Assembly (NCBI GenBank): GCA_030390025.1
Contig: CM059432.1
Coordinates: 22,446,001 to 22,510,000 of the forward strand
Direction: 5' to 3'
DNA length: 64,000 nucleotides
Origin: Squalus acanthias
Lineage: Eukaryota
A model generated the notes under the pieces. It ran no database searches. It was not told the DNA's origin and saw only the letters and a list, made by a program, of their open reading frames with translations. A program made the translations under genes and the position numbers. Below are positions 39,809 to 51,790 of this stretch, in pieces; the stretch's first letter is position 1, and every line of letters begins with the position of its first letter.

Positions 39809-42800
39809 AGGCCTGGCACCCAGCCAGGGCCTCTTGAATTCCCCTATGCCCTGGCAACCTTGCCCACAAACACACAAGTGAAGGCCCTGTTTGATACAGG
39901 AGCTGATTACACTGTAATAGATCCTGCAATTATAAAAACTAAGTGGAAAGATTTGGGGAGCCCAATTTGTAAAAGACCATTAGGGGGATTCACACAAGAC
40001 AAAACCAAAATAATTAATTTTTACAAAATACCTATTACTATATATGGAATCACGGTGACCCTAGATGTAGGACTGATACCACAATTGGCCTGTTCCCTCA
40101 TTATAGGACAACCAGACATGAAACATTACCTTAAAATCTCAACCAGACCTGTAGAAGCATCCACAGACCAGGATGACAGGGAAAAACATGTTCGGACACA
40201 GCTTGATCGAACTTGCCTAGAGGGGGGAGGCAAAGACCTCCTCGAGCAACTCATTAATAGATACTACCCTTATCTACAACGCCATCCAAATCAATGTGGA
40301 AAGATAGACATCAAATCCCACCCACTTGATGCTGGCTGGAATAAACCTAAAAAACAGTGGTCTATTCAAGATCACAAAGGAAAAATCGATCTCCTAACAA
40401 CGCTCAAAGAACTAACAGAACAAGGTATCTTAATCAAAATGGCATCTAGAACTAATTCACCATTGTTTGGTGTTGCTAAACCAGATGGGAGGTGGAGATT
40501 AGTGGTCGATTCTACAGCCTTAAATAGGGTAACGGCCCCACATACTGCACAACAACAAAATTCCACAGCCTTTCTCTCTGGAATCACGAGGGAAAAATAT
40601 AAATCTTGTATTGATCTAGCAAACGGCTTCTGGACACATCCAATCGAAAAAGCTGATTGGCCAAAAACAGCGATGACTGGACCCGATGGTTATCAGTACT
40701 GCTGGACCAGATTGCCCCAGGGATTTCAAAACAGCCCCGTTCTCTTTTCAGCCCACATCATTGACCTTTTAAAAGACCTACCTAACGTCAATTCTTATGT
40801 GGACGATATATATCTGTCACATGACAATCTCCAAGAGCACTTGAAAGCCATTGATAGTGTTTTATCCAGACTTACAGCTGCTGGGCACTTAATCAACATA
40901 AAAAAGAGTCAACTAGTTAGGGAAGAGGTAGATTTTCTGGGCCTGCGACTAACTGGAAACGGTAGAGGATTAACTCAATCCTATAAAGAAAATTTAGCCA
41001 CCATTCAATATGCTAAAGCTCTGAAAAATCTGCAAGCAAGTTTAGGACTCCTGAATTTTGCTCGATCCTTTACGCCAACCTTTGCCGAGCTCTCAGCCCC
41101 CCTGTATGCTAGAGTGGGCGAAGCAGCAAAAGGACCATTCATATTTTCACCAGATGATTACTCAAAATTGCAACAATTATGCCGAGAGGTACAAAAAGCC
41201 ATAGACCTGGAACAGAGGGACTTACACGTTCCCCTCAATATTCATCTCAGGTCATCACCTAAAGTGACAGTTGCAGTTTTCTATAATGAAAAGAGTATAG
41301 TGCCCTTTCAGTTCCATTCTTATAACTTTTCCAATGTTGAAAGGAGGTACATGAAAAAGAAAGGGACATGACTATGGTAGTCCAATGCCTCATCAAGGCA
41401 CGAACCCTTCAAGGGAAATACCCCATTACCATCTATACTGAGATTCCCAATTTAAGATCAGTATTGAGGATGACCTCTGATGAAAAAAGAGCCACCCAGA
41501 TCCGATATGATAAATGGGCATCGTTCTTGAATGATCCTACACTCATTTTTAAATTCCTCTCCCCAGAAATGGACTTAGAGCATCTCCCCATCATGGACGA
41601 TGATGATACGAAGGAGGGAATCAGACAAATACCTATGAGACCGCTTACAGAGTACCATCCAGTCATTTACTGTGATGGATCTTCAATGACAATTAACAAA
41701 GGGACATCCCAACAATCCTCAGCTGGGACGGGGATAGTAGTAGGGACTTTTCGAGATTCCTATTCTTTTTATCCAGAAGTATTACTGTTCATACCCCTTG
41801 ACCATAAGACAGCACAATATGCTAAAGCCGCAGCATTACGACATGCTTTAGAAAAGGCAGACCCTATTAAACCCACATTAATCTGTATGGATAGTGACTA
41901 CTGTAAAAGAGGATATAACCAAGATCTAGTTTTCTGGGAACAAACAAATGTTACCAATCATAAGGGTAAACCCATAAAACATAAGTCATTGTGGGAAGAC
42001 ATTCTCCATTCGAGAATGGAGAAACAGAATTGTCAGGTGATTCATGTAAACGGGCATACCACTGGGACAGTACATTCAAAAGGAAACAGTCATGCAGACG
42101 AACAAGCAAAACGTTCGGTCTGCATGACACCTCACTAGGGCAGAATGGGCAGCTAATCAGGATGAGGAACTGATTCAGCTATTAGACCCAACAAAAGAGA
42201 ATCCACCAGGATATCCACCAAAGTACTTTTACTCAGAAACCCCTACGGGTATTGTGCCAGTTAAGTTGCCCAAGGGAAACCGAGAAGTACCCCCGAGACA
42301 CAAACGAGAACAGCTTGTAAAAGTAGCTCACGAGGGCATAGGTCAAGCACATTGTGGTTCCAGAACAACATTCTGCAAATTGACCCCCTTATATTGGTGG
42401 CCAGGCATGCTTAAGGCCTGTAAAACATACGTGGCAAATTGTGAGCCATGCTATTTAACCAATAAGTCATCACTAATTAAGCCACCACCATTGGCTCCTG
42501 TGAAAGCTGATGAGCCAATGGGGAAATTCTTTATTGACTTTATTGGACCACTTCCCCCATCTTTGGGATACACAGATGTTCTTGTTTGTGTAGATGGATG
42601 CACTTGCTTCTGCTAGCTGGTCCCCACAAAAACTGTTTTGGAAAACGCACTCGCCAATGCTATTACTGACATAATTACTGGAGCTGGTGCACCCAAAATC
42701 TTAGACTCCGATCAAGGCAGAGCCTTTGTCTCCAAGGTCTTCAAAGACTACTGCGAACAAAGGGGGATTGGGTTAGAGCACAGCACGCCACATCATCTGC

Positions 42801-43606
42801 AATCAGCGGGGCTGGTGGAATGTAAAAACCAGGAAGTAAAAAAGCTATTGGTCAAACTGTTGAGAATCAGGGGAAGCAAGTGGACCACCGTCATTCCGGA
42901 GGTGCAGCTATCACTTAATAATGTGCCCGCATCTGCATCAGGGACAGTGTCCCCTAAAACTCCATGTTATCTAATGAATGGGGTTGAGATGCATACACCG
43001 CTTACCCATAGTTCTTTTATTGCCTCTACACACTCTGAGTCCTTGACCCGGCAGCGACAGTTAGATTTTTAAAAAAAAGTAACAGAGGAGATTCATCAAA
43101 TTGATCAGAGGATAAGGGAGGCAAATAGGCAGAAAAAATTGACAAACAAAGCATGGCAACCCCTAGCAGGAGAATGGGTACAGGAAAAGAAGTTCGAGCA
43201 AAAACCTGGTTTAAGACTGAAGTGGAAAAAACCTGTTCAAATACATTCTGTTATTAACGAAAGAACAGTTAAATGACATATTAATCAGCCGAATAGCAAG
43301 CATATTCGTAAAACTGTCTCCATAGAGAATCTCAAAAGATGTCCTGCGAGATACCGAAATGGAGGAATAATACAAGGTGCAGTCGTACACTGTCTTTCAA
43401 GACCCAGCTTGGAGCACGACACAGGAAATGAATGCAATCGAATTACTGACGATGGTCAGTCAGACGGTGTCGCCGACTCCTCCACACGATGCTTGGCAAC
43501 ACCTCAGGAATTGGATTCACGAAAAGCCACAACCGAAACAAGGCAAGATCAACGCGTTACTTCAACGAAGGAGGAAAACACTGTGGATGAAGAAGGAATC
43601 AACTGA
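39789..43606 (+). pseudogene. pol: Foamy-type Pol: protease-RT-RNase H-integrase (disrupted)
   Basis: PR LFDTGAD; RT KPDGRWRLVVD, DLANGFWTHPI, LPQGFQNSP and YVDDIYLSHD (40796); RNase H YCDGS...GNSHAD; IN N-terminal extension [31 protein letters not shown], and C-terminal TVSIENLK. Frameshifts near 41360 and 42120; stops at 42614, 43070 and 43274. Confidence 0.95.
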
Positions 43607-43685
43607 GCGCCTGGCAAGGCCTTTACGAAAACAAGAATCTGTCCACACGCTGGATCGAAGGAACAGCGTGTCAAGCTTCAGCTAG
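43359..43685 (+). pseudogene. env: Putative env leader-peptide remnant
   Basis: ATG in the +1 frame inside the pol 'NG' codons just after TVSIENLK, the same position as the env start in prototype foamy virus; stop at codon 4; no SU or TM follows. Confidence 0.5.
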
Positions 43686-43983
43686 TTCCAAATGACGTCT
43701 CCTTGACTCATATGAATAACTCACATCTACGGAACGTACATCTGCTGATTGTCCATTCTAAGTACATGTTGTTTTGCGAATTGCATGACAATGTACATAT
43801 CGCCCGTTTAAATTGTGTTCAATTTAAAATAAGGCAAAACATTGTCCTAGGATGACTTAAAAGGAATTTTTCATGTAGCACATGATTAGGCTTTTATGAA
43901 TTTCTTGACATTAATGTGCTATTGTAACCTTATTAGTAACATTGACCAAACTCTGTCTAGATGCTCGAGTTCATTTTTTGGTC

Positions 43984-43992
43984 AGAGGGGGG
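43984..43992 (+). promoter_or_regulatory. Polypurine tract
   Basis: AGAGGGGGG directly abuts the TG of the 3' LTR and is preceded by a T-run. Confidence 0.85.
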
Positions 43993-45234
43993 TGTGAAGG
44001 AATAAGCCATATTCAGAAAAATACACCATTCTATGAAATAATTCTGGCCTTATTGTAACATGACAAACTAGGCTTGAAAATCTAAAAACCTAACAATGGA
44101 AAAGCTGTAAACAGCATACAGGCTATTGAGATAAGATAACCTTATTGAAACAGGAGGTTGGAGGTTCTAAAAGTCTGAAGCTTTGGAAAGAACCCAATGG
44201 TACACCCTGTTAAGGTGTCCTAAATTACACTTTGGAAAGAAACACAGAAAATTAAGAAACATATGCCTTCGTAAAAATGACATCAAATGAAACACAGGAG
44301 ACATGATTCTGTGTTGCAACCAGCTGAGGTAACTAAGAAGACAATGGTGCACTCAGTTGAGGTGTTTTAATATACACATCGTAAAAAGACACAAATAGAA
44401 GACCTTGATAAGAATGACATCAAATAGATGCATCTGCTGTCACACCGTTTTTATGATAAGCTTCGAACACCTAAAGGTAGAGACATGAGTCTGCATTGCT
44501 ACCAGCTGAACTGACTGTAAGAATAGCAGGGGTCAGCAGAAAAATGATTAGAGATAATTAGCTTACATCAGCAGAAAACTTCAAAGGAAATACCACTGAG
44601 AAAGGATATAAATATTGAACTTTCAAATGGGATGATAGTCTTGCTGTAAAGGAGCAAAACGATTCTTGGCTTCAGAGGCAAGCTCTGTAAGTCTACAACT
44701 CTTTGTACCTTGGGGATCAAAAAGGTACTGTATTTGATTTTGGTGGATATCTTGGAATAAGACTAAGAAATGTAAAAATGTAACGAAGTTAAGATTTGAG
44801 AATAAGGATCTCTGATAATAGAATTTAAAAATTTCTGTTTTTGGAACTGTTAATGTTGCGATTGAATCACCAACTGTAAATTACATGTTGGTTCTTTAAT
44901 AAATCTATATATTTTTAGAATTGTCTCACATAATACTTCTGTATCAAACTCGCAAACTCAATCTCTGTACGCTCTTTGGTGAGGAGTTGCAGAATTCTGG
45001 GGGAGTTTTCCGGACCCTCTTAATATCCGGAACGTTACAGTCTAGCTAAACTTATTAAAAGTGCTATCTGGAGGACGGTAACATCTTCAGGTTGTTCCTT
45101 TCCTTTAGGGAGTGATAGTCTGGACCTTTAGACCCAATTAAGCATCTTTAGGATTTGGCTACCTCAAACTTTAGTTGAAAGTGAACGTCTGGGGAGTATG
45201 CCTAAAGGGGCTAGGACTAGTAATTATCCCTTCA
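43993..45234 (+). repeat. 3' LTR (1242 bp)
   Basis: Direct repeat of the 5' LTR with about 45 substitutions (manual count), a few 1-nt indels and a ~17-bp deletion in U5; AATAAA at 44898-44903. Confidence 0.97.
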
Positions 45235-45321
45235 GTAGAAGATCAGCCATGATCTTATTGAATGGTGGAGCAGGCTCAAAGGGCCAAATGGCCTACTCCT
45301 GCTCCTATTTCTTATGTTCTT
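45235..45321 (+). mobile_element. CR1 3' UTR fragment that is the proviral integration target (left part about 36731-36746)
   Basis: The joined flanks read GTGGAGATGAG-GTAG-AAGATCAGCCATGATC...TTCTTATGTTCT, matching the CR1 3' UTRs near 11880 and 50200. Confidence 0.8.
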
Positions 45322-45574
45322 AAGTGTGCTGTTAAATGTATGTGCAATTATTATCAAATATAATTACCACTGTATGCTTAATATTCAGTGTATAGCAACA
45401 ATAAATGCTTTGGAACTCTATTATTTTGACGAGTAAATTATAAACTTATAATAAGAACAGCCATCATCTAACGTAAGGCAGAACAGGTGGATAAAGACTA
45501 TAGATTATAGGATGAAGGAAAGACTGAGGAAGGGAAGAAACTCTCCGGGCTGGAGGAGATACTGGAGCAGCTTA

Positions 45575-46190
45575 GAATCATAGAATCATAGAAAGTTACA
45601 GCACGGAAGGAGGCCATTTCGGCCCATTGTGTCCGCACCGGCCAACAAAGAGCTATCCAGCCTAATCCCCCTTCCCAGCTCTTGGTCCGTAGCTCTGCAG
45701 GTTAGAGCATCCCAAGTGCACATCCAAGTACTTTTTAAATGTGTTTAGGGTTCCTGCCTCTACCACCCTTTCAGGCAGTGAGTTCCATACTCCCACAACC
45801 CTCTGGGTGAAGAAATTTCCTCTCAAATCCCCTCTAAACCTTCCACCAATTACTTTAAATCTGTGCCCCCTGGTTTTTGACCTCTCTGCTAAGAGAAATA
45901 GGTCCTTTCTATCCAATTTATCTATGCCCCTCATAATTTGATACACCTCAATAAGGTCTCCCCTCAGCCTCCTCTGTTCAAAGGAAAACAGACCCAGCCT
46001 ATCCAGTCTTTCCTCATAGCTAAGATTCTCTACTCCCAGCAACATCCTTGTAAATCTCCTCTGTACTCTCTCTAGTGCAATCACATCTTTCCTGTAATGT
46101 GGTGACCAGAACTGCATGCAGTACTCTCGCTGAGGCCTAACTAGTGTTTTATACAGTTAGAGCATAACCCCCCTGCTCTCGTATTCTATG
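45575..46190 (-). mobile_element. CR1 3' fragment
   Basis: QFWSPHYRKD...FFTQRVVGVWNSLP; (CATAGAAT)n tail. Confidence 0.9.
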
Positions 46191-48369
46191 CTTGTTTAGA
46201 TGTATTGTGGTGCACCTTTAAATAAGAATAAAATAATAATTTCTGCAGTCAATTGGAAAGCAAAAAGACTCTTCATTACTCAATTGGATGATTCTTGACT
46301 ATCAGTCAAACAGCCTTATCCCATCTCCAATATTTTTATAACTAATACACAGAAGTGTTCAAAGAAAATGAAAAATCACTATGTTTTTTAACGACCCAAT
46401 GATTTTTCTCCTGGGTTACTCGTAGCAGTGCCCTGGAGATTAATCTTCAATTGCTGTAGCCTCCAGGCACATCTGGAGGGTTGGCACCCTAGATGAGGTA
46501 CTGGAGGGCTGTTGTCTGCCATAAGTCATGAACAGGACCATCGTTTTACAGAGACTGACAAAGTCATGTTCCATTTTTGCTACATGGCATTCCTGGAATT
46601 TTATCTATGTTTTGAAATGACATCTCGCGATACCTTCTGTTTATAATCAGGCTGAATGTTTTATACTGGCTGAATGATTTTTTCATCATGAGGGGTTACC
46701 AGATTTTATGGGGGGGTGGGGTGGGGGAAAGGGTTATTGGAGATCGTATTTTGGATTTCAACCCATTTTTGTGTGAAAACTGTGGCCTTCTTCATGAAAC
46801 TCTACCTCTAGAAAAGGGAGGGAGGAAGCGAGGGGAAGGAAATTGGAAAAATAATTGGTTGGGGATTTTAAACTTCTATTTAATTGAACAGAACTATTTA
46901 CTCCAGTGGAGATGACGAATGTCCACTTGCTGTTGCCAAGGATGTAGTTTGAAGCTAGAAATCACAAGCAGATTATATGGTATATGTTCCTGTATCTCAG
47001 ACTTTATGAACCTTTGCAAGCAATACAACCTTCTTAAATAGATCTCCGTTCCTTCATCGTCGCTGGGTCAAAATCCTGGAACTCCCTACCTAACATCCCG
47101 TGAATGAATTAAAAAAATTGAATTTTAATGATAGTCAAGGAAGAACAGATCAGTTGCAGGAAAATTGGTGTTTGTCACCGACCTGTTGTGAAGTGAGGGG
47201 TGGGGGGGGGGGGGGGGGCAGGGGAAGGAGTGGGGGTGCATGTGCGATGAACCATCATGGGCTTATTTAGTTCTGAGCCAGTGGACACGCCTTCGGCCAA
47301 AGCAAAGGAAGATGAATGGACAATGTTATTTGACGGGATGGCACTGAACCCATTTCTCAGTTGCCTGGACAAACCATGTGCATCTTAATGAGCTTTCAAT
47401 TCATCACTTATTCCATGCTTCACACTGCAGACTCGCCACAGTTCTGTTGAGGTTGGGAGTGATTTATAGGCACAATTCAGGCTAAATCAAAGGATGCAGC
47501 TAGCAATGAAAAGATTAGAGAACACATTGTGCAAAATTTAAAACCCAGACAGATGGGAGACACTCAGTTCTGTTTCGACACTTTCCCCACCCCCAGTTCC
47601 CGAGACACATATACATACGTGCACATTCACACACATATGCACGCACTCACACACACACACAAACTCACACGCACCAATGCCATATGCATGGGCTTTAAAG
47701 GGGCAATAATTGGAATGCTGTCTGTGAATTTATTTTCCAATCATAATGCTGCAGAAATAAATGGCTGGTTCTGGAAAAGTGACTGAAATTAACGAACTGT
47801 GCATTAAGCTTTCTAAAGGTATGATTTGTTTTGAAAGTTGAAAAACTTTATTAGATTGGTTACCTCCACAGAGGCTTCAGTCGTGAACAACCCAGCGTAT
47901 GTGAAGCGACTAGAAATGAGGGAGCTTTGCAAAGCTGCAGTACCATGGGCTGCCATTACATCAGCCCTCCCTTTCTAATATGGTAACTTTTGATAATTGC
48001 AGAGTCCCAAGCACAGGCCAGGGACTAGACTTGGCTGTCGGACTAGCACTTGTCTAAAAAGGATTTAGTTTTCTCTTTGTTTCCTTCACTTTTCTACCAA
48101 CCTCTCCGTAAGGGGCTGACATTAAGGAGGATGTTTGCGCGTGGACCCTCTGGCACCTCACCCAGTTGCCCATTCTTAGTCATGCGCCAACTTAGTAGTG
48201 AGTGTCAGCAGGCTATTTCATACTAGGGAGTATCATATACAGTTGTATCGGCTGTAGCAGATATTCTTTACATTGCCCAAGTAGCCATTCTTCATTTATA
48301 AACCACGAGCGTGAGTGTTGGCAGGCTATCTTACCACAAGAGTCTCCTCCTGCCATCCAGGCACACATA

Positions 48370-50367
48370 GGCCTGGATTTTAGCCTGGAGGCAAGTTCTG
48401 TGCGGAAGGGGGTGGGGGGGAGTCGGGGGGGGGGGGGAGGCTGTTGTGAAGTCAGGAATCCTGGAAGAACGGGTTTCCTGAATGTCCTGCAGAATTTAAC
48501 TGCAGGGCTGCTTCAGATTTTTTTCTGTGGGGTTCCCGCCCACAGGCAGCCTGATTTCGGGTGGGAAGCCTGCTTCACAAGGCCGAAGCCTTCAACAGCA
48601 GGTAGGTGTATTGGGGGAGTGAGAGGGATTGTGAGGGGGTGGGGGGGGTCTGGATTGCGGGGGAGGTCTGATGGTGGTCCGGGGTTCCGATCATGGTGGG
48701 GGGATCCGATGGGGGTCTGGGGGCTCCTGATTGTGGGTAGGTAGTTCATTGGTGGTCCGGGGGGTCCCGATCGTGTGGGGGTCCGATGGTGGTCCAGAGA
48801 TCCCGATTGTGGGGGGGGTCCGATGGGGGTCTGGAGGCTCCTGATTGCGGGTAGGGAGTTCATTGGTGGTCCGGGGGGTCCCGATCGTGTGGGGGTCCGA
48901 TGGTGGTTCAGAGATCCCGATTGTGGGGGGGGGGGGGGTCCAATGGTGGTCCAGGGGGGTCCTTTGGTAGTCAGGGGAGGCCTGATGGTGGCCAAGGGGC
49001 CCAATGGTGGTTGGGGAGGTCTGATGGTGGTTGGGAGGGGGGGGGGGGTCCAATGGTGGGAGGAGCAGACAGATCGTGGTGGGCACTTTACTGGGTAGCT
49101 TGTTGGGCTGAGAGGAAGCACTTCTGTTCCTCCTGGCCCATAAGCAGTGCAGTAAAGGGACTTACCTCATGGATTCAACTCTTTTCGCCCCCTTTAAGCT
49201 GCTGAGTTTCCCGAGACATGGGAACCCCTGCCGATATGAGCTAAATATAGAATGACTGTTAAAATGAAGATGGGCCGTTTCATTATTATAGTTAAATGAC
49301 CAACTGCTTCCCTCGAGCAGGTTGGTTGCCTGCCCCTTATCCCGCCTCCATTAAAACCAGAAGTGGCCAGGTTCGGCTCCTGTTCTCCAAGTTTGCAGAC
49401 GACACAAAGCTGGGTGGGTGTGTGTGTTGTGAGGAGGATGCAGAGAAACTCCAGTATGATTTGGACAGGTTGGGTGATTGGGCAGATGCATGTGGTAAAT
49501 GCGAGGTTATCCACTTTGCTGGCAAAAACAGGAAGACAGATTATTATCTGAACGGCAATAGATTGGGAAAAGGGGAAGTGCAACGAGACCTGGGTGTCCT
49601 TGTGCACCAGTCGCTGAAGGTAAGCATGCAGGTACAGCAGGCGATTAAGAAGGCAAATGGTATGTTGGCCTTCATAGCGAGAGGATTCGAGTACAGGAGC
49701 AAGGATGTCTTGCTGCAGTTGTACAGGGCCTTGGTGAGACCACACCTTGAGTATTGTGTGCAGTTTTGGTCGCCTTATCTGAGGAAGGATGTTCTTGCCA
49801 TGGAGGGAGTGCAGCGAAGATTCACCAGACTGATACCTGGGATGGCAGGAATGACGTATCAAGAGAGATTGGGTTGATTGAGCTTGTAGTCACTCGAGTT
49901 TAGAAGAATGAGAGGGGATCTCATAACAGGACTAGACAGACTAGATGCAGGAAGGATGTTCCCGATGGCGGGGGAGTCCAGAACCAGAGGTCACAGTCTA
50001 AGGATAAGGGGTAAGCCATTTAGGACTGAGATGAGGAGGAATTTCTTCACCCAGAGAGTGGTGAACCTGTGGAATTCTCTACCACGGAAGGCAATTGAGG
50101 CCAATTCATTAAATATATTCAAGAATGAGTTAGATATATTTCTTAAGGCTAAAGGGATCAAGGGATATGGGGAGAAAGCAGGGACAGGGTACTGAATTTG
50201 GATGATCAGCCATGATCTCATTAAATGGCGGAGCAGGCTCGAGGGGCCGAATGATCTACTCCTGCTCCTATCTTCTATGTTTCTATGTTTCTATGTTCCA
50301 GATTTTTTGCATTTTAACCTCTGACACGACCCCAACCCACCCGTTTTTGGTACTTAAGATTCAGCCC
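48370..50367. mobile_element. MITE-like element (family of 14295-15048) with an internal 114-bp tandem duplication and a nested CR1
   Basis: Same termini as the 14295 copy; G-rich CCGAT repeats with units at 48706 and 48820. Confidence 0.75.
49385..50298 (+). mobile_element. 5'-truncated CR1 nested in a MITE
   Basis: SKFADDTKLGG...FFTQRVVNLWNSLP; (TTCTATGT)n tail. Confidence 0.9.
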
Positions 50368-51378
50368 ACAGTCTCTGAATAGGAATCAGGAGAGGGAGGC
50401 TTGGCTGATTTTTCCACTAGTCTACGGGTACGGAATGAAATGTAGAGCCCACTAATCTGGACTAACGGAGATGAGCTAATTTAGCACAGGCCAAGGATCA
50501 AGCTGGGATCTTCCCGACCTGTATGGCCCACTTCCAAAGTAGTGGAGCCCTTACCAATTGATCCAATGTTTGGGGGAGTATCCTTAGAAGGGTTTGTATT
50601 CGACAATTCCTAGAAATTCTACCTGAGTGGTAGTCAGTGTGGAAGATTCATCTATCAGAGAGGAGCCCACAGTTGGCTGTTGGATCTTACAGTTCACTGT
50701 AACCGTCGTGATACAAATTCATTTTTTTTGCAATAAATACCCCAATAACCAATGAGGCCTTCAAGAGAGCTGGTGATAAACAATGATTTAGAGGAGTGAC
50801 TGGAGGTTGGAATGATTGATTCATTCTCAGAGTTCAGAACCTTTAAATTAACATGAAGACCACTGACAGTAAATCCTGGCACACGTAAATTAAATTAAAT
50901 ACTTGCCACAAATTATCAGAATTTTTCCAGATTTTTATCCTGGACCAGTTGCAACAAAAACAAATAAAGATCTGGCTCTGCCACAGGGTATTAACTGTAC
51001 CTGCCCCCTTAATGGTACTGTTGCCTTTAAGGCCCTGATCTTGCTCCTCCTGCACTCGAACACCTCCAGCAGCACCCATGGTAATAAGGCCCAGCGGAAA
51101 TGCTGCAATGTTTCCCTGAGTACAGTGCACACACCTCACTTGAGAACTGTTCCACAAGAGGAAAATCAGCTCTCTATTATCACAGATTTTTATTTTGTCA
51201 TTTGTTGTATTAGCTGAAGATCCAGTTACTTACAAAGATAAACATTCATGAAAACAGAGGAATTTTTGAAACAGGTAAAGACCAGGAGGCCCTGCAATCC
51301 TTGTTCGATAGATCGACCGCAGTTACTCGTTTCACTTTATCTCTCAATCCTTTCCCTTTCCAGGAAATCGACACTTAC

Positions 51379-51403
51379 CTTTGTCGAGCCGCTGCGGTTC
51401 CAT
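51379..51403 (-). CDS. Possible first coding exon of an unidentified host gene (MEPQRLDK)
   Basis: GTGATGG start context, AAG|GTAAGT donor, locally CpG-rich non-repetitive-looking sequence, TGCGCA motif upstream. Confidence 0.35.
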
Positions 51404-51474
51404 CACCCGTGAAACTTGTCAGAGCTTGCACTGCGCAGGCTCCAACCAAAAGTGGCAATCGGGCTCCTAATTAA

Positions 51475-51790
51475 AAGAAAGACTTGCATTTATATAGCGC
51501 CTTTCATGACCACTGGACGTCTCAAAGCGCTTTACAACCAATTAAGTACTTTTTGAAGTGGAGTCACTGTTGTAATGTGGAAAATGCGGCAGCCAATTTG
51601 CGCACAGCAAGGTCCCACAAACAGCAATGTGATAATGACCAGATAATCTGTTTTTGTTATGTTGGTTGAGGGATAAATATTGGCCAGGACACCGGGGATA
51701 ACTCCCCTGCTCTTCTTCGAAATAGTGCCATGGGATCTTTTACGTCCACCTGAGAGAGAGCAGACGGGGCCTCGGTTTAACGTCTCATCC
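51475..51790 (-). mobile_element. Deu-domain SINE 3' part
   Basis: Closely matches 15900-16200. Confidence 0.8.

Larger units (their letters stand above)
36747..45234 (+). mobile_element. Endogenous foamy-like retrovirus (spumaretrovirus-related) provirus, env-deleted, 8488 bp
   Basis: Paired LTRs, 4-bp TSD GTAG (36743-36746 and 45235-45238), Lys1,2-type PBS, PPT, and foamy-type Gag and Pol motifs. Confidence 0.93.

Noticed and set aside
40219..40227. Exact internal copy of the PPT (AGAGGGGGG) as a central PPT
   Set aside because: It lies at the start of RT, whereas the foamy central PPT is in integrase; a low-complexity 9-mer can occur by chance.
39860..43606. Classification as a Gypsy retrotransposon or a gamma/epsilon-like ERV
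   Set aside because: The foamy-like Gag capsid motif, absence of a zinc knuckle, foamy-specific RT and IN motifs, Lys1,2 PBS and R-located donor together fit a foamy-like virus better. A phylogeny is still needed.
48513..49205. Pro- or Gly-rich ORFs
   Set aside because: They are translations of G-rich tandem repeats inside a MITE.
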